DNA of 24,102 nucleotides from a candidate division WOR-3 bacterium (GTDB lineage Bacteria; Hydrothermota; Tepidihabitantia; Tepidihabitantales; Tepidihabitantaceae). The notes beneath the pieces were generated by a model. That model did no database searches, was not told where the DNA came from, and saw only the letters and a program-made list of their open reading frames with translations. The translations under genes and the position numbers were made by a program. Location of the stretch: positions 1 through 24,102 of the forward strand of contig DSBX01000201.1 of NCBI GenBank assembly GCA_011049385.1, given 5' to 3'. Positions 15,392-23,946 of this stretch are shown here, one piece after another; within the stretch, counting starts at the first letter, position 1; each line of letters begins with the position of its first letter.

Positions 15392-15958
15392 CTACCTGCC
15401 GCCGCGGCCGGGCGCGGTGAGCGGAACGCTGTCACGGCAGAGCGGGCAGTCGGTCGCTTCCCAGGTTTCGACCGCCCGGCGGTAGACGGCTTCGTACGGC
15501 CTGTCGAGACGGTTACTGCCGCCACTGCGGTCAATGTAGACCCCGATTCCGACAACCTGCGAAGGGTGGCCGGCAAGGGCGGCGAGGGTTTCGACCAGCG
15601 AGCCGCCGGTGGTCATCACGTCGTCCACGACCAGCACGCGGTCTTCCGGTCCAAGCCGGAAGCCCCGGCCGATCTTGCGGCCGGTCTCGGCCTTTTCGGC
15701 GATGACACTGCGCGCGCCGAGGAGACGGGCGACTTCGTAGGCGATGATGATGCCGCCGGTGGTCGGGCCGCAGACCGCGGTCACGCCCGCCTTGCTGAAT
15801 CTGTCGGCGAGAGCGACGGCGAAGCGTTCGCAGAGCGGCGGGGCTTCGAGGATGCGGAACTTCTCGAAGTAGTGGTCGGAGTGGCGGCCGGAAGTGAGCA
15901 GGAAATGTCCTTCAAGCAGGACGCCGCTTTCCTTGAGCAGTTGACCATATTCGTCCAC
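15392..15958 (-). CDS. pyrE: Orotate phosphoribosyltransferase
   Basis: GHFLLTSGRHS, PRPP motif VLVVDDVMTTGGS; pyr operon context. Confidence 0.96.
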   Translation of the reverse strand: MDEYGQLLKESGVLLEGHFLLTSGRHSDHYFEKFRILEAPPLCERFAVALADRFSKAGVTAVCGPTTGGIIIAYEVARLLGARSVIAEKAETGRKIGRGFRLGPEDRVLVVDDVMTTGGSLVETLAALAGHPSQVVGIGVYIDRSGGSNRLDRPYEAVYRRAVETWEATDCPLCRDSVPLTAPGRGGR

Positions 15959-15961
15959 GGG

Positions 15962-16669
15962 TCAGCCTCCTTCTGCCGTTCGGGTCAGCTCGGACCGGAT
16001 TTCGGACGCGGCCCGGACCGGGTCGGGCGCGGCATATATCGGCCGGCCGACGACGATGTAGTCCGCGCCGTCGCGGGCAGCCTGGGCGGGTGTAGCGACC
16101 CGGGCCTGGTCGTCCTTCGCGCCGACCGCGGGCCGAATGCCCGGGCAGACCGCGAGGAAGCCGGAACCGCATTTCGTTTTGACCTTTCGGACTTCCTGCG
16201 GCGAACAGACGATGCCGTCACAGCCGGATGCCTGCGCGAGCCGAGCCAGCTCGAGCACGCGCTCTTCGAGCGGCCGGGTGCAGCCGAAGGCCCGGGCCAG
16301 TTCGGCCGCATCGAGACTGGTCAGGACCGTGACCCCGAGGATGCGCGGTCGGTCGGCACCGAAGGCGGCGGCGGCATCGGACGCGGCCCGCATCATCTTC
16401 TCCCCGCCGGTGGCGTGGACGGTGAGGAGTTTCGCGCCGAGCTCGCCGGCCGTGGTCACCGCGTCGGCCACGACCGAAGGTATGTCGTGGAACTTGAGGT
16501 CGAGGAAGACCTCGGTGCGTTCCGCGAAGCGGCGGATGAGCGCGGGGCCGCCCCGGCCGAAGACGTCCATCTGCAACTTGTAACAGTCCACCGTCGCGCC
16601 GAGGGTGTCGAGCCACTCAAGGGCACGGTTCGGGTCCGCGAGGTTCAGGGCAAGGGCGATTCTCGTCAA
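15962..16669 (-). CDS. pyrF: Orotidine-5'-phosphate decarboxylase
   Basis: FLDLKFHDIP, TVHATGG, CPGIRP, VVGRPI. Confidence 0.97.
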   Translation of the reverse strand: MTRIALALNLADPNRALEWLDTLGATVDCYKLQMDVFGRGGPALIRRFAERTEVFLDLKFHDIPSVVADAVTTAGELGAKLLTVHATGGEKMMRAASDAAAAFGADRPRILGVTVLTSLDAAELARAFGCTRPLEERVLELARLAQASGCDGIVCSPQEVRKVKTKCGSGFLAVCPGIRPAVGAKDDQARVATPAQAARDGADYIVVGRPIYAAPDPVRAASEIRSELTRTAEGG

Positions 16670-17568
16670 TTCTCCCTCCTGGTTCTTCCGACAAGGTCGT
16701 CCCAGTCGCGTAACCGGCGGGCGCGGCAGAACGTAGCGAGTTCGCGGGCGACGCGTCCGGGTGCCTGCGGGTCGGCGAGGCTGGCACTGCCGACCTGGAC
16801 CAGCCGCGCGCCTGCGCTGAGGAAGTCGGCCGCGTCCGCGCCGTTCATCACCCCGCCGCAGGCGACGACCGGGATGCCGATTGCGGGCGCGACGCGGTCC
16901 ACGCAGTAGAGCGCAAAGGGTTTGAGGCAGGGGCCGGAGACGCCGCCGGTCCGGCCGCCGAGGAAGGGCCGGCCTTCGGGGCCGAGCGCCAGCCCGAAAA
17001 GGGTGTTGAGTACGGTGACCGCATCCGCACCCCCGGCCTCGGCGGCGCGGGCGGTTTCCGCCGGGTCAACGAAGTTGGCGGTGAGCTTGACGATGAGCGG
17101 CTTCTTCGTCCGCCGCCGGCAGAGCCGGGTGATGCGCTCAACCGCGGCCGGGCTTGCGCCGAACGCGGTGCCGCCTTCGCGGACGTTGGGGCAGGAGACG
17201 TTCAGTTCGAAGGCGTCCACCCTCGGATGGGCAAGCCGTTCGACGAGTTCGGCGTACTCGCCGGGCCGGGAGCCGGCAACGTTGACGATGACCCGGCAAC
17301 GGAGGCGGCCTATCCGGGGCAGGAAGTGGCCGACGAAGGTCGCGAGGCCCGGGTTCTCGAGCCCGACCGAGTTGATGATGCCGCCCGGGCATTCGGCGAT
17401 GCGTGGAGGCGGGTTGCCGGCACGGGGTTCGAGGGTGATGCCCTTGGTGACGATGCCACCGAGCTGGTTGGAGACATCGGCGAACCGGAGCCCGAACTCC
17501 CAGGTGCCGGACGCGGCGAGCACCGGGCTGGCGAACTCGAGTCCGGCGAGCCGGACCGACATTTTCAC
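16666..17568 (-). CDS. pyrD: Dihydroorotate dehydrogenase (class 1B) catalytic subunit
   Basis: AASGT, TKGITLEPRAGN, NSVGLENPG, ELNVSCPNV, GGVSG; GTGA overlap with pyrK stop. Confidence 0.95.
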   Translation of the reverse strand: MKMSVRLAGLEFASPVLAASGTWEFGLRFADVSNQLGGIVTKGITLEPRAGNPPPRIAECPGGIINSVGLENPGLATFVGHFLPRIGRLRCRVIVNVAGSRPGEYAELVERLAHPRVDAFELNVSCPNVREGGTAFGASPAAVERITRLCRRRTKKPLIVKLTANFVDPAETARAAEAGGADAVTVLNTLFGLALGPEGRPFLGGRTGGVSGPCLKPFALYCVDRVAPAIGIPVVACGGVMNGADAADFLSAGARLVQVGSASLADPQAPGRVARELATFCRARRLRDWDDLVGRTRREN

Positions 17569-18320
17569 CAGGCCACCTCGTTGAGCAATACGACCGGGCC
17601 GTCGGCGCAGAACCGGACCCAGCCGCCGCCCTTGCGGGGGAGGGCACAGCAGTAGCAGATGCCGGTGCCGCAACCCATCCGTTCTTCGATGAAGCCCCAG
17701 ACCGGGACCGGGTCAAGACGACGGACCAGTGCCCGGAGCATCGGCTTCGGGCCGCAGGTGAACACCAGCGGACGGTCGAGCTTCGCGGCCGCATCTGCCG
17801 CAGGTTCGATGACCGGGCCGGGGAAGCCGAGACTGCCGTCGTCGGTGGTCAGTATGGGTTTCGTGCCCAGGGCGCGGAATTCCCGGCGCAGGATGAGTTG
17901 CTCGCGGGTGCGAGCGCCGAGGACCGCATGTACGCGGTTGCCGGTGGCGAGCCTTCGGGCCGTGAAGAGCAGGGGCGCGATGCCGATGCCGCCGCCAACG
18001 AGCAGGACGTTGCGGTTGCGAGGAGCGGGCGCGGGGCGACCGAGCGGCCCGAGGACGTCGAGTCGGTCCCCGGTTCGGGTACGGGCGAGGAGTGCGGTGC
18101 CCCGGCCGACCACCCGGAAAGCGAGCCTGACCCGGCCCTCATCGGCGTCACAGACCGAAAGCGGACGTCGGAGCAGGGGGTCGGGTCCGTCGCCGACCCG
18201 GATGTTGAGGAACTGTCCGGGCTTGACCCGTTGGGCCAGTCCGGGCGCGTCCAATTCGATGAGGAATACGTCCGGGCAGAGCCGGCGACGGGCGAGGACC
18301 GGGTAGGCGACCGGCCTCAC
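17565..18320 (-). CDS. pyrK: Dihydroorotate dehydrogenase electron transfer subunit
   Basis: PGQF, LRRPLS, GPLG, GGGIGIAP, CGPKPM, EERMGCGTGICYCC...C. Confidence 0.95.
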   Translation of the reverse strand: MRPVAYPVLARRRLCPDVFLIELDAPGLAQRVKPGQFLNIRVGDGPDPLLRRPLSVCDADEGRVRLAFRVVGRGTALLARTRTGDRLDVLGPLGRPAPAPRNRNVLLVGGGIGIAPLLFTARRLATGNRVHAVLGARTREQLILRREFRALGTKPILTTDDGSLGFPGPVIEPAADAAAKLDRPLVFTCGPKPMLRALVRRLDPVPVWGFIEERMGCGTGICYCCALPRKGGGWVRFCADGPVVLLNEVAW

Positions 18321-20242
18321 AGCAGGCTGAACTCCACCCGGCGGTCGCGCCAGTATCCCTCCGGGCCGGAAGAAATGGTTTCGGAACTGCCGCGGGTCGC
18401 GGTTTCGAGCCGGACCGGGTCAATGCCCGCGCGTTCAAGCCAAGCCCGCACCGCCTCGGCCCGTCGGCGGCCAAGTCCGAGGTTGTAGTCGTCCTCGCCG
18501 CGCGGGTCGCAGTGTCCGGTGAGGCGCAGGCGTCGGGCCGGATGCTCGCGTAGCCAGGTCGCGATGCGGCCGAGCGCGGCGGTGTCCACGTCCCTGATGT
18601 CGGCCCGGTCGAAGGCGAAGCGTATCGGGCCGAAGGCGGTATCTGCGGCCGGTGGCGCAGGGCGTTCCGGCGGGGCGGGCTGCGGGCCTTCGGGCCGGCC
18701 GGGCGCGGGGTCCGGCTCCGTGGGCCGGGCCGGTTTCCCGGGTGGGCTCACCGGTGGTGTCCGCGGGCGCTCGCGCGGCGGCCTGTCCGGTCCGGGGTCC
18801 GGCGGCAGAGACGGGGGCGGCTCATCTCCGGTATCGCCGACGAACACCGGGTCGGGCGGAGGTTCGGTCTTGACCGGCTCCTTTGGCGGCGCGGGCGGAG
18901 AGGACGCGGCCGCAACGGTGGTCGGGCGCGGCGGGGCGGGCAGTCCGAGCCAGCGCTTTGCCTCGTTGGCGTATTCGGTTCTCGGGTATTCGGCGATGAG
19001 GCGCTTTAGTTCCGGGACCGCGCCCAGGCTGTCGTCCTCGACGTAACGGGATATCCAGGCCCGAGCCAGCATCGCCTTGGGCGCCCAGTCGCTGTCCGGG
19101 AATGAATCGCGGACCTGCTGGTACAGGCGTCGGGCTTCGTCGTGCTCGCCGAGGTTGAGGTTGTGGACTTCGGCAAGCAGGAAGAGCGCATCGGCCGGCT
19201 CGGCGACACCGGTTGATTCCGCGCGGGCGATGGCGTCGAGGAGCGAGAGCCGCTTTATGGCCTGAATGCCGTGTTCGGAGGTTCCACGGCGGGAGCGGGC
19301 GGTGTCGTAATGGGCCCGGGCAAGCTCGAACTCGCCGTGCTCTTCGTGGTGCTTGCCGATACGGAAGAAGGCCTCGGCGCCGAAGTCGTTCGAGCCGCGG
19401 ACCTTGCGCCAGGTCTGGAGTGCATCCGCTTCGCGACCGGTCTCGGCGAGGGCCCGACCGAGCAGGACGTGGCCTTCGTCATCAAGGTCCGGGTAGCGGC
19501 CGAGCGCTTCGCGGATGAGCGGCACCGCTTCGTCGTGCCTGCCCTGGGCGATAAGCGCGTCGGCAATCCTGAACCGGACCGAAGCTCTTTCCTTGGGGTC
19601 GGAGATGAGCGTGGCGAGCCGGCGGTATGACTGCTCGCAGGATTCCCAGCGGCCGAGCCGCGCACAACTTGCGGCCAGTTGGCGCAAGGCATCGAGGCGG
19701 TGCCGGGTCTTCGGGTGCTCTTCAAGGAAGACGGCCAGCGAGTCCGCGGCGCGGGACCAGTCCTCGCGTGCGTGGAACGAGGAGGCGAGATGGAAGGCCG
19801 CGCCGTCGCGCAACTGCGGGTAGTCGCGCCGGACCTGGTCAAGCAGGACCCGGGCCGGGCCGTACTCGCGGTTACGGAGCATCGCCAGCCCGCGATAGTA
19901 GACCGCCCGGGGAACCAGCGGGGACTCGGGGAAGGCGAGCACGAGCTGGTCGAAATGGCGGATGGCGCGGCCGTACTGGCCCATCTCGTAGTAGCTCTGG
20001 CCGATGAGGAAGGTGGCATCGTCGGCCCAGCGCGAGTTCGGCCAGCGCGTGAGCACCAGCGCCGACTTTTCGACCGCCTTTTCGAACCGGCTCCGGGCCT
20101 GGCCGACCTGGCGCTGTTCGGAGAGTTGGACGCCCTCGCGGTAGTAGCGCTGGGCGTTGTAGAAGGTGTTGAAGTAGGCACAACCGGCGAAGAGCAGGAG
20201 CGCCGGCAACAGCCGGGCCGACCGGCGGATGAGTTTCGGCAT
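18317..20242 (-). CDS. Lipoprotein: TPR array, Pro-rich linker, C-terminal OmpA/Pal-like peptidoglycan-binding domain (641 aa)
   Basis: Lipobox FAGC; repeated TPR helices; ~95-aa Pro-rich stretch; FAFDRADIR, GHCDPRG, YNLGLGRRRA, RRVEF. Confidence 0.88.
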   Translation of the reverse strand: MPKLIRRSARLLPALLLFAGCAYFNTFYNAQRYYREGVQLSEQRQVGQARSRFEKAVEKSALVLTRWPNSRWADDATFLIGQSYYEMGQYGRAIRHFDQLVLAFPESPLVPRAVYYRGLAMLRNREYGPARVLLDQVRRDYPQLRDGAAFHLASSFHAREDWSRAADSLAVFLEEHPKTRHRLDALRQLAASCARLGRWESCEQSYRRLATLISDPKERASVRFRIADALIAQGRHDEAVPLIREALGRYPDLDDEGHVLLGRALAETGREADALQTWRKVRGSNDFGAEAFFRIGKHHEEHGEFELARAHYDTARSRRGTSEHGIQAIKRLSLLDAIARAESTGVAEPADALFLLAEVHNLNLGEHDEARRLYQQVRDSFPDSDWAPKAMLARAWISRYVEDDSLGAVPELKRLIAEYPRTEYANEAKRWLGLPAPPRPTTVAAASSPPAPPKEPVKTEPPPDPVFVGDTGDEPPPSLPPDPGPDRPPRERPRTPPVSPPGKPARPTEPDPAPGRPEGPQPAPPERPAPPAADTAFGPIRFAFDRADIRDVDTAALGRIATWLREHPARRLRLTGHCDPRGEDDYNLGLGRRRAEAVRAWLERAGIDPVRLETATRGSSETISSGPEGYWRDRRVEFSLL

Positions 20243-20272
20243 TGTGTTTCTCAGCAGTAGAACCTCGTTACT

Positions 20273-20300
20273 AATCTAACCCTGCTCCGCCGGGTGTCAA
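20273..20300 (-). promoter_or_regulatory. Promoter TTGACA-N16-TAGATT for the TPR-pyr operon
   Basis: Read on the minus strand in the divergent gap. Confidence 0.65.
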
Positions 20301-20321
20301 GGAGATGCCGGCGCGTCGGGC

Positions 20322-20350
20322 TTGCAAAGCGGGTCGGCCTGGGTGATAAT
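20322..20350 (+). promoter_or_regulatory. Promoter TTGCAA-N17-GATAAT for tldD-tldE
   Basis: Hexamers and spacing; SD AAGGAG at 20384. Confidence 0.7.
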
Positions 20351-20398
20351 GACAGTCGTTCGATTCGATTCGACAAACCAACCAAGGAGTCAGACGTG

Positions 20399-21892
20399 AT
20401 GACAATTGAACAGGTCGCAACCGCGGTCCGCGGGCATTTCGACCGGATGCGGACCGCGGGTTGCGGTTTCGCTGATGCACGACTGTATGACGAGGACGCC
20501 AGCCAGCGGGTTGTGCTTTATGACGGCAACCTCGAAAGCAACAACCGCGGTCTCGAGCGCGGTATCGGAGTCCGGGTGCTCTACGAGGGCGCGTGGGGCT
20601 TCGCCGCGACCGCGGACCTCGATACCATCGGGGCCTGCTTCGACCGGGCGCTGACGAACGCCCGGGCCGCGGCCCGCCTGCCCGGGTTCCCCAAGGAGAT
20701 GGGCCCGGCGCGGCCGGCAAAGGGCGAGTACCGCGCGCCGGTCGTGAAGGACCCGTTCGAGGTGCCGCTGGCCGAGAAGCTGGCGTTCCTGACCGGCATT
20801 GACGAGCGGCTCAAGGACGACAGCGTCAAACAGCGCATCGTCCACGCCCGGTTCCAGCGCCGGCGCATTCACTACTGGAACACCGAAGGGACCGACGTCA
20901 GCCGGTTTGTCAATAACACTTTCGCGACGATGATGGTGATGGCCCCGGATAAGGACGGCCGCACCCAGCGCCGAAGCGTCGAGCTTTACTCCGACGGCTC
21001 GGGCACCCGGGGCTGGGAGTGGCTCACGAACCCGGACTGGTTCTCCGGCCACGCCGAGCGGATCAAGCGCGAGCTGTTCGAAGTCGTTGCGGCGGAGCCC
21101 CTGCCGCCGGGCAGGCGCGACCTCATCATCCTGCCCGGACAGGGCTTCCTCCAGGTCCACGAGACGATAGGCCACCCGCTGGAGTTGGACCGGATTCTCG
21201 GCTACGAGCTTTCCTTCGCGGGCGGTTCGCACGTCCGGCCCGAGATGATCGGCACCCTGCGCTACGGTTCGGACAAACTCAACTGTCGGGCGGGCGTGAC
21301 GCCCAACTCGCCCGGGACCTTCGGCTTCGACGACGAGGGCACGCCCCAGCGCGACTACTACCTCATCAAACAGGGCATCCTCGTCAACGTGCTGTCCTCG
21401 CGCACCGACCTGGCCGAGGCCAACGCCAAGGCGGGCAGCGAGGTGGTCAGCGAGTCCGGCACCGCGGCCCGGGCCTGCGCTTTCTACCGGACACCGATTG
21501 ACCGAATGACCAATATCAACATCGAACCGGGCGAAGACGGCACGCTCAACGACATCGTGGCCGCGACCGAGAACGGCATCATCGTGGATGTGCCGGTTTC
21601 CTGGTCGATCGGTTCGAACCGTGAACACTTCCACTTCGGCACCGAAATCGCGTGGGAAGTCAAGGACGGCCGGCGCACCCGGGTATTCAAAAACCCGACC
21701 TACCAGGCGCATACCCTCGACTTCTGGCGCTCGCTGGACAAGGTCGGCGACAAGTCCACTTGGCTGCTCCAATCCGTGCCGAACTGCGGCAAGGGCGAGC
21801 CCAACCAGATAATGGAACTGGGCCACGGCATTCCGGTGATGCGGTTCAAGGACGTCCAGTGCGGCGAGGCCGAAGCCGCGACGAAGGAGTGA
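20399..21892 (+). CDS. tldD: TldD-family metalloprotease
   Basis: HETIGHPLELDR (HExxGH), FDDEG, RMTNINI, C-terminal CGKGEP; start GTG 20396 or ATG 20399. Confidence 0.93.
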   Translation: MTIEQVATAVRGHFDRMRTAGCGFADARLYDEDASQRVVLYDGNLESNNRGLERGIGVRVLYEGAWGFAATADLDTIGACFDRALTNARAAARLPGFPKEMGPARPAKGEYRAPVVKDPFEVPLAEKLAFLTGIDERLKDDSVKQRIVHARFQRRRIHYWNTEGTDVSRFVNNTFATMMVMAPDKDGRTQRRSVELYSDGSGTRGWEWLTNPDWFSGHAERIKRELFEVVAAEPLPPGRRDLIILPGQGFLQVHETIGHPLELDRILGYELSFAGGSHVRPEMIGTLRYGSDKLNCRAGVTPNSPGTFGFDDEGTPQRDYYLIKQGILVNVLSSRTDLAEANAKAGSEVVSESGTAARACAFYRTPIDRMTNINIEPGEDGTLNDIVAATENGIIVDVPVSWSIGSNREHFHFGTEIAWEVKDGRRTRVFKNPTYQAHTLDFWRSLDKVGDKSTWLLQSVPNCGKGEPNQIMELGHGIPVMRFKDVQCGEAEAATKE

Positions 21893-23274
21893 TGATGCTG
21901 GAAAACAGGATTCGCGAACTACTCGGCCGGGCCCGGGACGAAGCCCGCAAGGCGGGGATGAACGTCGAGCTCAGCTTCCACCGCGAGCAGTCGTCCCTCA
22001 TCCGGCTCGGCAACTCGTCGGTCGCGCTCGCGACCCACGAGGCGCTGACCCGGCTCGATGTCTCGGTACAGGACGGCCGCAAGGTCGGCTCCTTCAGCCT
22101 GACCGCGGACATCGTCTCCGCCGACCAGCTCCGCGAGGCGGTCCACCACGCGGCCGAGAACTGCCGCGCGGCCCTGCCCAAGGACTACGACCCCATCTTC
22201 GGCACCGTCGAAGAAGCGGTGGACGACTCAGCCGGCTACGACCCGGCGCTGGAAGCGCTGTCGGCCGAGGCCAAGACCGACCTCTGCGCGGACATCATCA
22301 AAAAACTCAAGCCGCGCGGCCGCTACGACTTCTCCGGCTCCTGGTCCACCGGCTCGACCGAGATGTACTACACGACGACCGCCAACGATTCGGAATGCTA
22401 CCGCCGGCTCACCGACGGCCGGTTCGTGATGGTGCTCAAAGAGCAGGACAAGAAGTGGGAGTTGCAGGTCGAGCTCAGCCAGAAGGCCGCGGCCGATATC
22501 CGCGCCGCGGAGGTTATCGCCGCCTTCGACGACCTCCGGCCGGTCTACGAGCAGAACGAAGGCTTCGCCACCACTATCGGGCGACAGCGGGTACTGTTCG
22601 GGCCGCAGGCCATCGCCCAGCTCGTCGGGCTCGCCATCTGGGGCGGGTTCATCGGCCGGTCCTGGGAAGAGAAACGTTCCTGGACCGCGCAGAACAAGTT
22701 CGGCGACAGGATTCTGAGCGAGGCGGTGACAATCGTGGACGACCCGGCCAACCCCGATGTCTTCAGCATGCCCTTCGACTTCATGGGCAAGCGGCGGCGC
22801 CGGTTCGCGGTGGTCGAGCGCGGCGTGTTCAAGGGCCTGCTTTACGACTCGGCCTCGGCCGCACGCTACGGCAAGAAACCGACCGGCCACGACCTCGCCA
22901 GCGGCGACTTCGGGCTCGCGCCCGGCGACGGCCCGGCCGGTCTTGAAGCCGGCCGCAAGCTGGCCGGCGACGCGCTCTACGTCCCGCACCTGCACTACAT
23001 CCACCTGCCCGACCCGACCAAGGGGATGTTCACCGGTTCTTCGCGCTTCAACGCGATGCGGGTCAAGAACGGCGAGTTCGTCGCGCCGATCTTCTCGACC
23101 CGGGTCACCGACACCAGCCCGTCGGTGTTCAACAACGTCGTAGCGATGAGCTCGAAGACGGTCACGCATAACGAGAGCGCAACCTACGGCCGGCGTACGC
23201 CCGACGCGATGAGCGTGCCCGAGTGGCTGCTCTGCGACAACATCCGGATCACCGACGTCGCGGACAGCTTCTAG
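21892..23274 (+). CDS. tldE: TldE/PmbA-family partner subunit
   Basis: TldD/PmbA-like pattern without HExxH; ILSEAVTIVDDP, VVERGVFKG; overlaps the tldD stop. Confidence 0.82.
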   Translation: MMLENRIRELLGRARDEARKAGMNVELSFHREQSSLIRLGNSSVALATHEALTRLDVSVQDGRKVGSFSLTADIVSADQLREAVHHAAENCRAALPKDYDPIFGTVEEAVDDSAGYDPALEALSAEAKTDLCADIIKKLKPRGRYDFSGSWSTGSTEMYYTTTANDSECYRRLTDGRFVMVLKEQDKKWELQVELSQKAAADIRAAEVIAAFDDLRPVYEQNEGFATTIGRQRVLFGPQAIAQLVGLAIWGGFIGRSWEEKRSWTAQNKFGDRILSEAVTIVDDPANPDVFSMPFDFMGKRRRRFAVVERGVFKGLLYDSASAARYGKKPTGHDLASGDFGLAPGDGPAGLEAGRKLAGDALYVPHLHYIHLPDPTKGMFTGSSRFNAMRVKNGEFVAPIFSTRVTDTSPSVFNNVVAMSSKTVTHNESATYGRRTPDAMSVPEWLLCDNIRITDVADSF

Positions 23275-23311
23275 CCGGGTCCGGTTCGGTCCTCGGGCGG
23301 ACGTCGTCTTC

Positions 23312-23340
23312 TTGACTCGCGGCGCGGTGCCGGATATCCT
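23312..23340 (+). promoter_or_regulatory. tRNA promoter TTGACT-N17-TATCCT
   Basis: Hexamers and spacing ~30 nt upstream of the tRNA. Confidence 0.65.
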
Positions 23341-23369
23341 TTGCGCCGTCTTTCGACAATCTGGAGTGT

Positions 23370-23453
23370 GCCGAGGTGGCGGAAATGGCAGACGCGCTAG
23401 CCTCAGGAGTTAGTGAGCGCAAGCTCATGGGGGTTCAAATCCCCCCCTCGGCA
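23370..23453 (+). tRNA. tRNA-Leu(CAG), 3' CCA not encoded
   Basis: Acceptor GCCGAGG/CCTCGGC + discriminator A; anticodon stem CTAGC/GTTAG with loop CT-CAG-GA; long variable arm TGAGC-GCAA-GCTCA; TTCAAAT T-loop. Confidence 0.97.
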
Positions 23454-23456
23454 TTC

Positions 23457-23507
23457 GTGCGCGGCTTTGTCGCGCATTCACGCCGAGCGGCTTTGTCGCT
23501 CGGCGTG
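23457..23507 (+). repeat. Two tandem hairpins with identical GCTTTGT loops (13-bp direct repeat GCGGCTTTGTCGC)
   Basis: GTGCGCG-GCTTTGT-CGCGCAT and CACGCCGAGCG-GCTTTGT-CGCTCGGCGTG. Confidence 0.75.
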
Positions 23508-23532
23508 TGCCATCGGGTGCGGTGAGCCGGGA

Positions 23533-23560
23533 TTGACTTCCGCCCCGGATATGCTAGTCT
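23533..23560 (+). promoter_or_regulatory. Promoter TTGACT-N16-TAGTCT with extended -10 TG
   Basis: Hexamers upstream of SD AAAGGAG and ATG 23604. Confidence 0.6.
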
Positions 23561-23603
23561 GCCCCGGTTGCAGAGGCGCAAAACCATGGCGAAAGGAGCC
23601 ACA

Positions 23604-23891
23604 ATGCCAGTCAAGAAAAAGGGTCTTGCCGCGATAACCATCAGGGCCGATGCGGCCCTTCAGGCCATCTACGGCAAGAAAGAGCTCAAGCCGACCGAGC
23701 TCATGAAGGGCCTGTCCGACTACGCCAACAAGCATGACCTCAAGACCAAGGGCGCGGGCAAGGGTCTTGCCGCGCTCCGGGTCAAGACCGACGATGACCT
23801 CAAGGTCATCTTCGGCAACAAGCCCGAAATCAAGTGGTTCGACCTGATGAAGGGTGTCTGGGCCTACATCGATAAGAACAAACTGCGCTAG
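23604..23891 (+). CDS. Small basic SWIB/MDM2-like protein made of two tandem repeats (95 aa)
   Basis: DDDLKVIFGNKPEIKWFDLMK and VWAYIDKNKL resemble SWIB segments; Lys-rich; SD, promoter and terminator present. Confidence 0.8.
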   Translation: MPVKKKGLAAITIRADAALQAIYGKKELKPTELMKGLSDYANKHDLKTKGAGKGLAALRVKTDDDLKVIFGNKPEIKWFDLMKGVWAYIDKNKLR

Positions 23892-23909
23892 ACAGGACGG
23901 AGAGAAGTA

Positions 23910-23946
23910 AGGGGCGGCGGGTTCACACCGCCGCCTTTCTCTGTTT
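23910..23946 (+). terminator. Rho-independent terminator
   Basis: GGCGGCGG-GTTCACA-CCGCCGCC followed by TTTCTCTGTTT. Confidence 0.8.
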
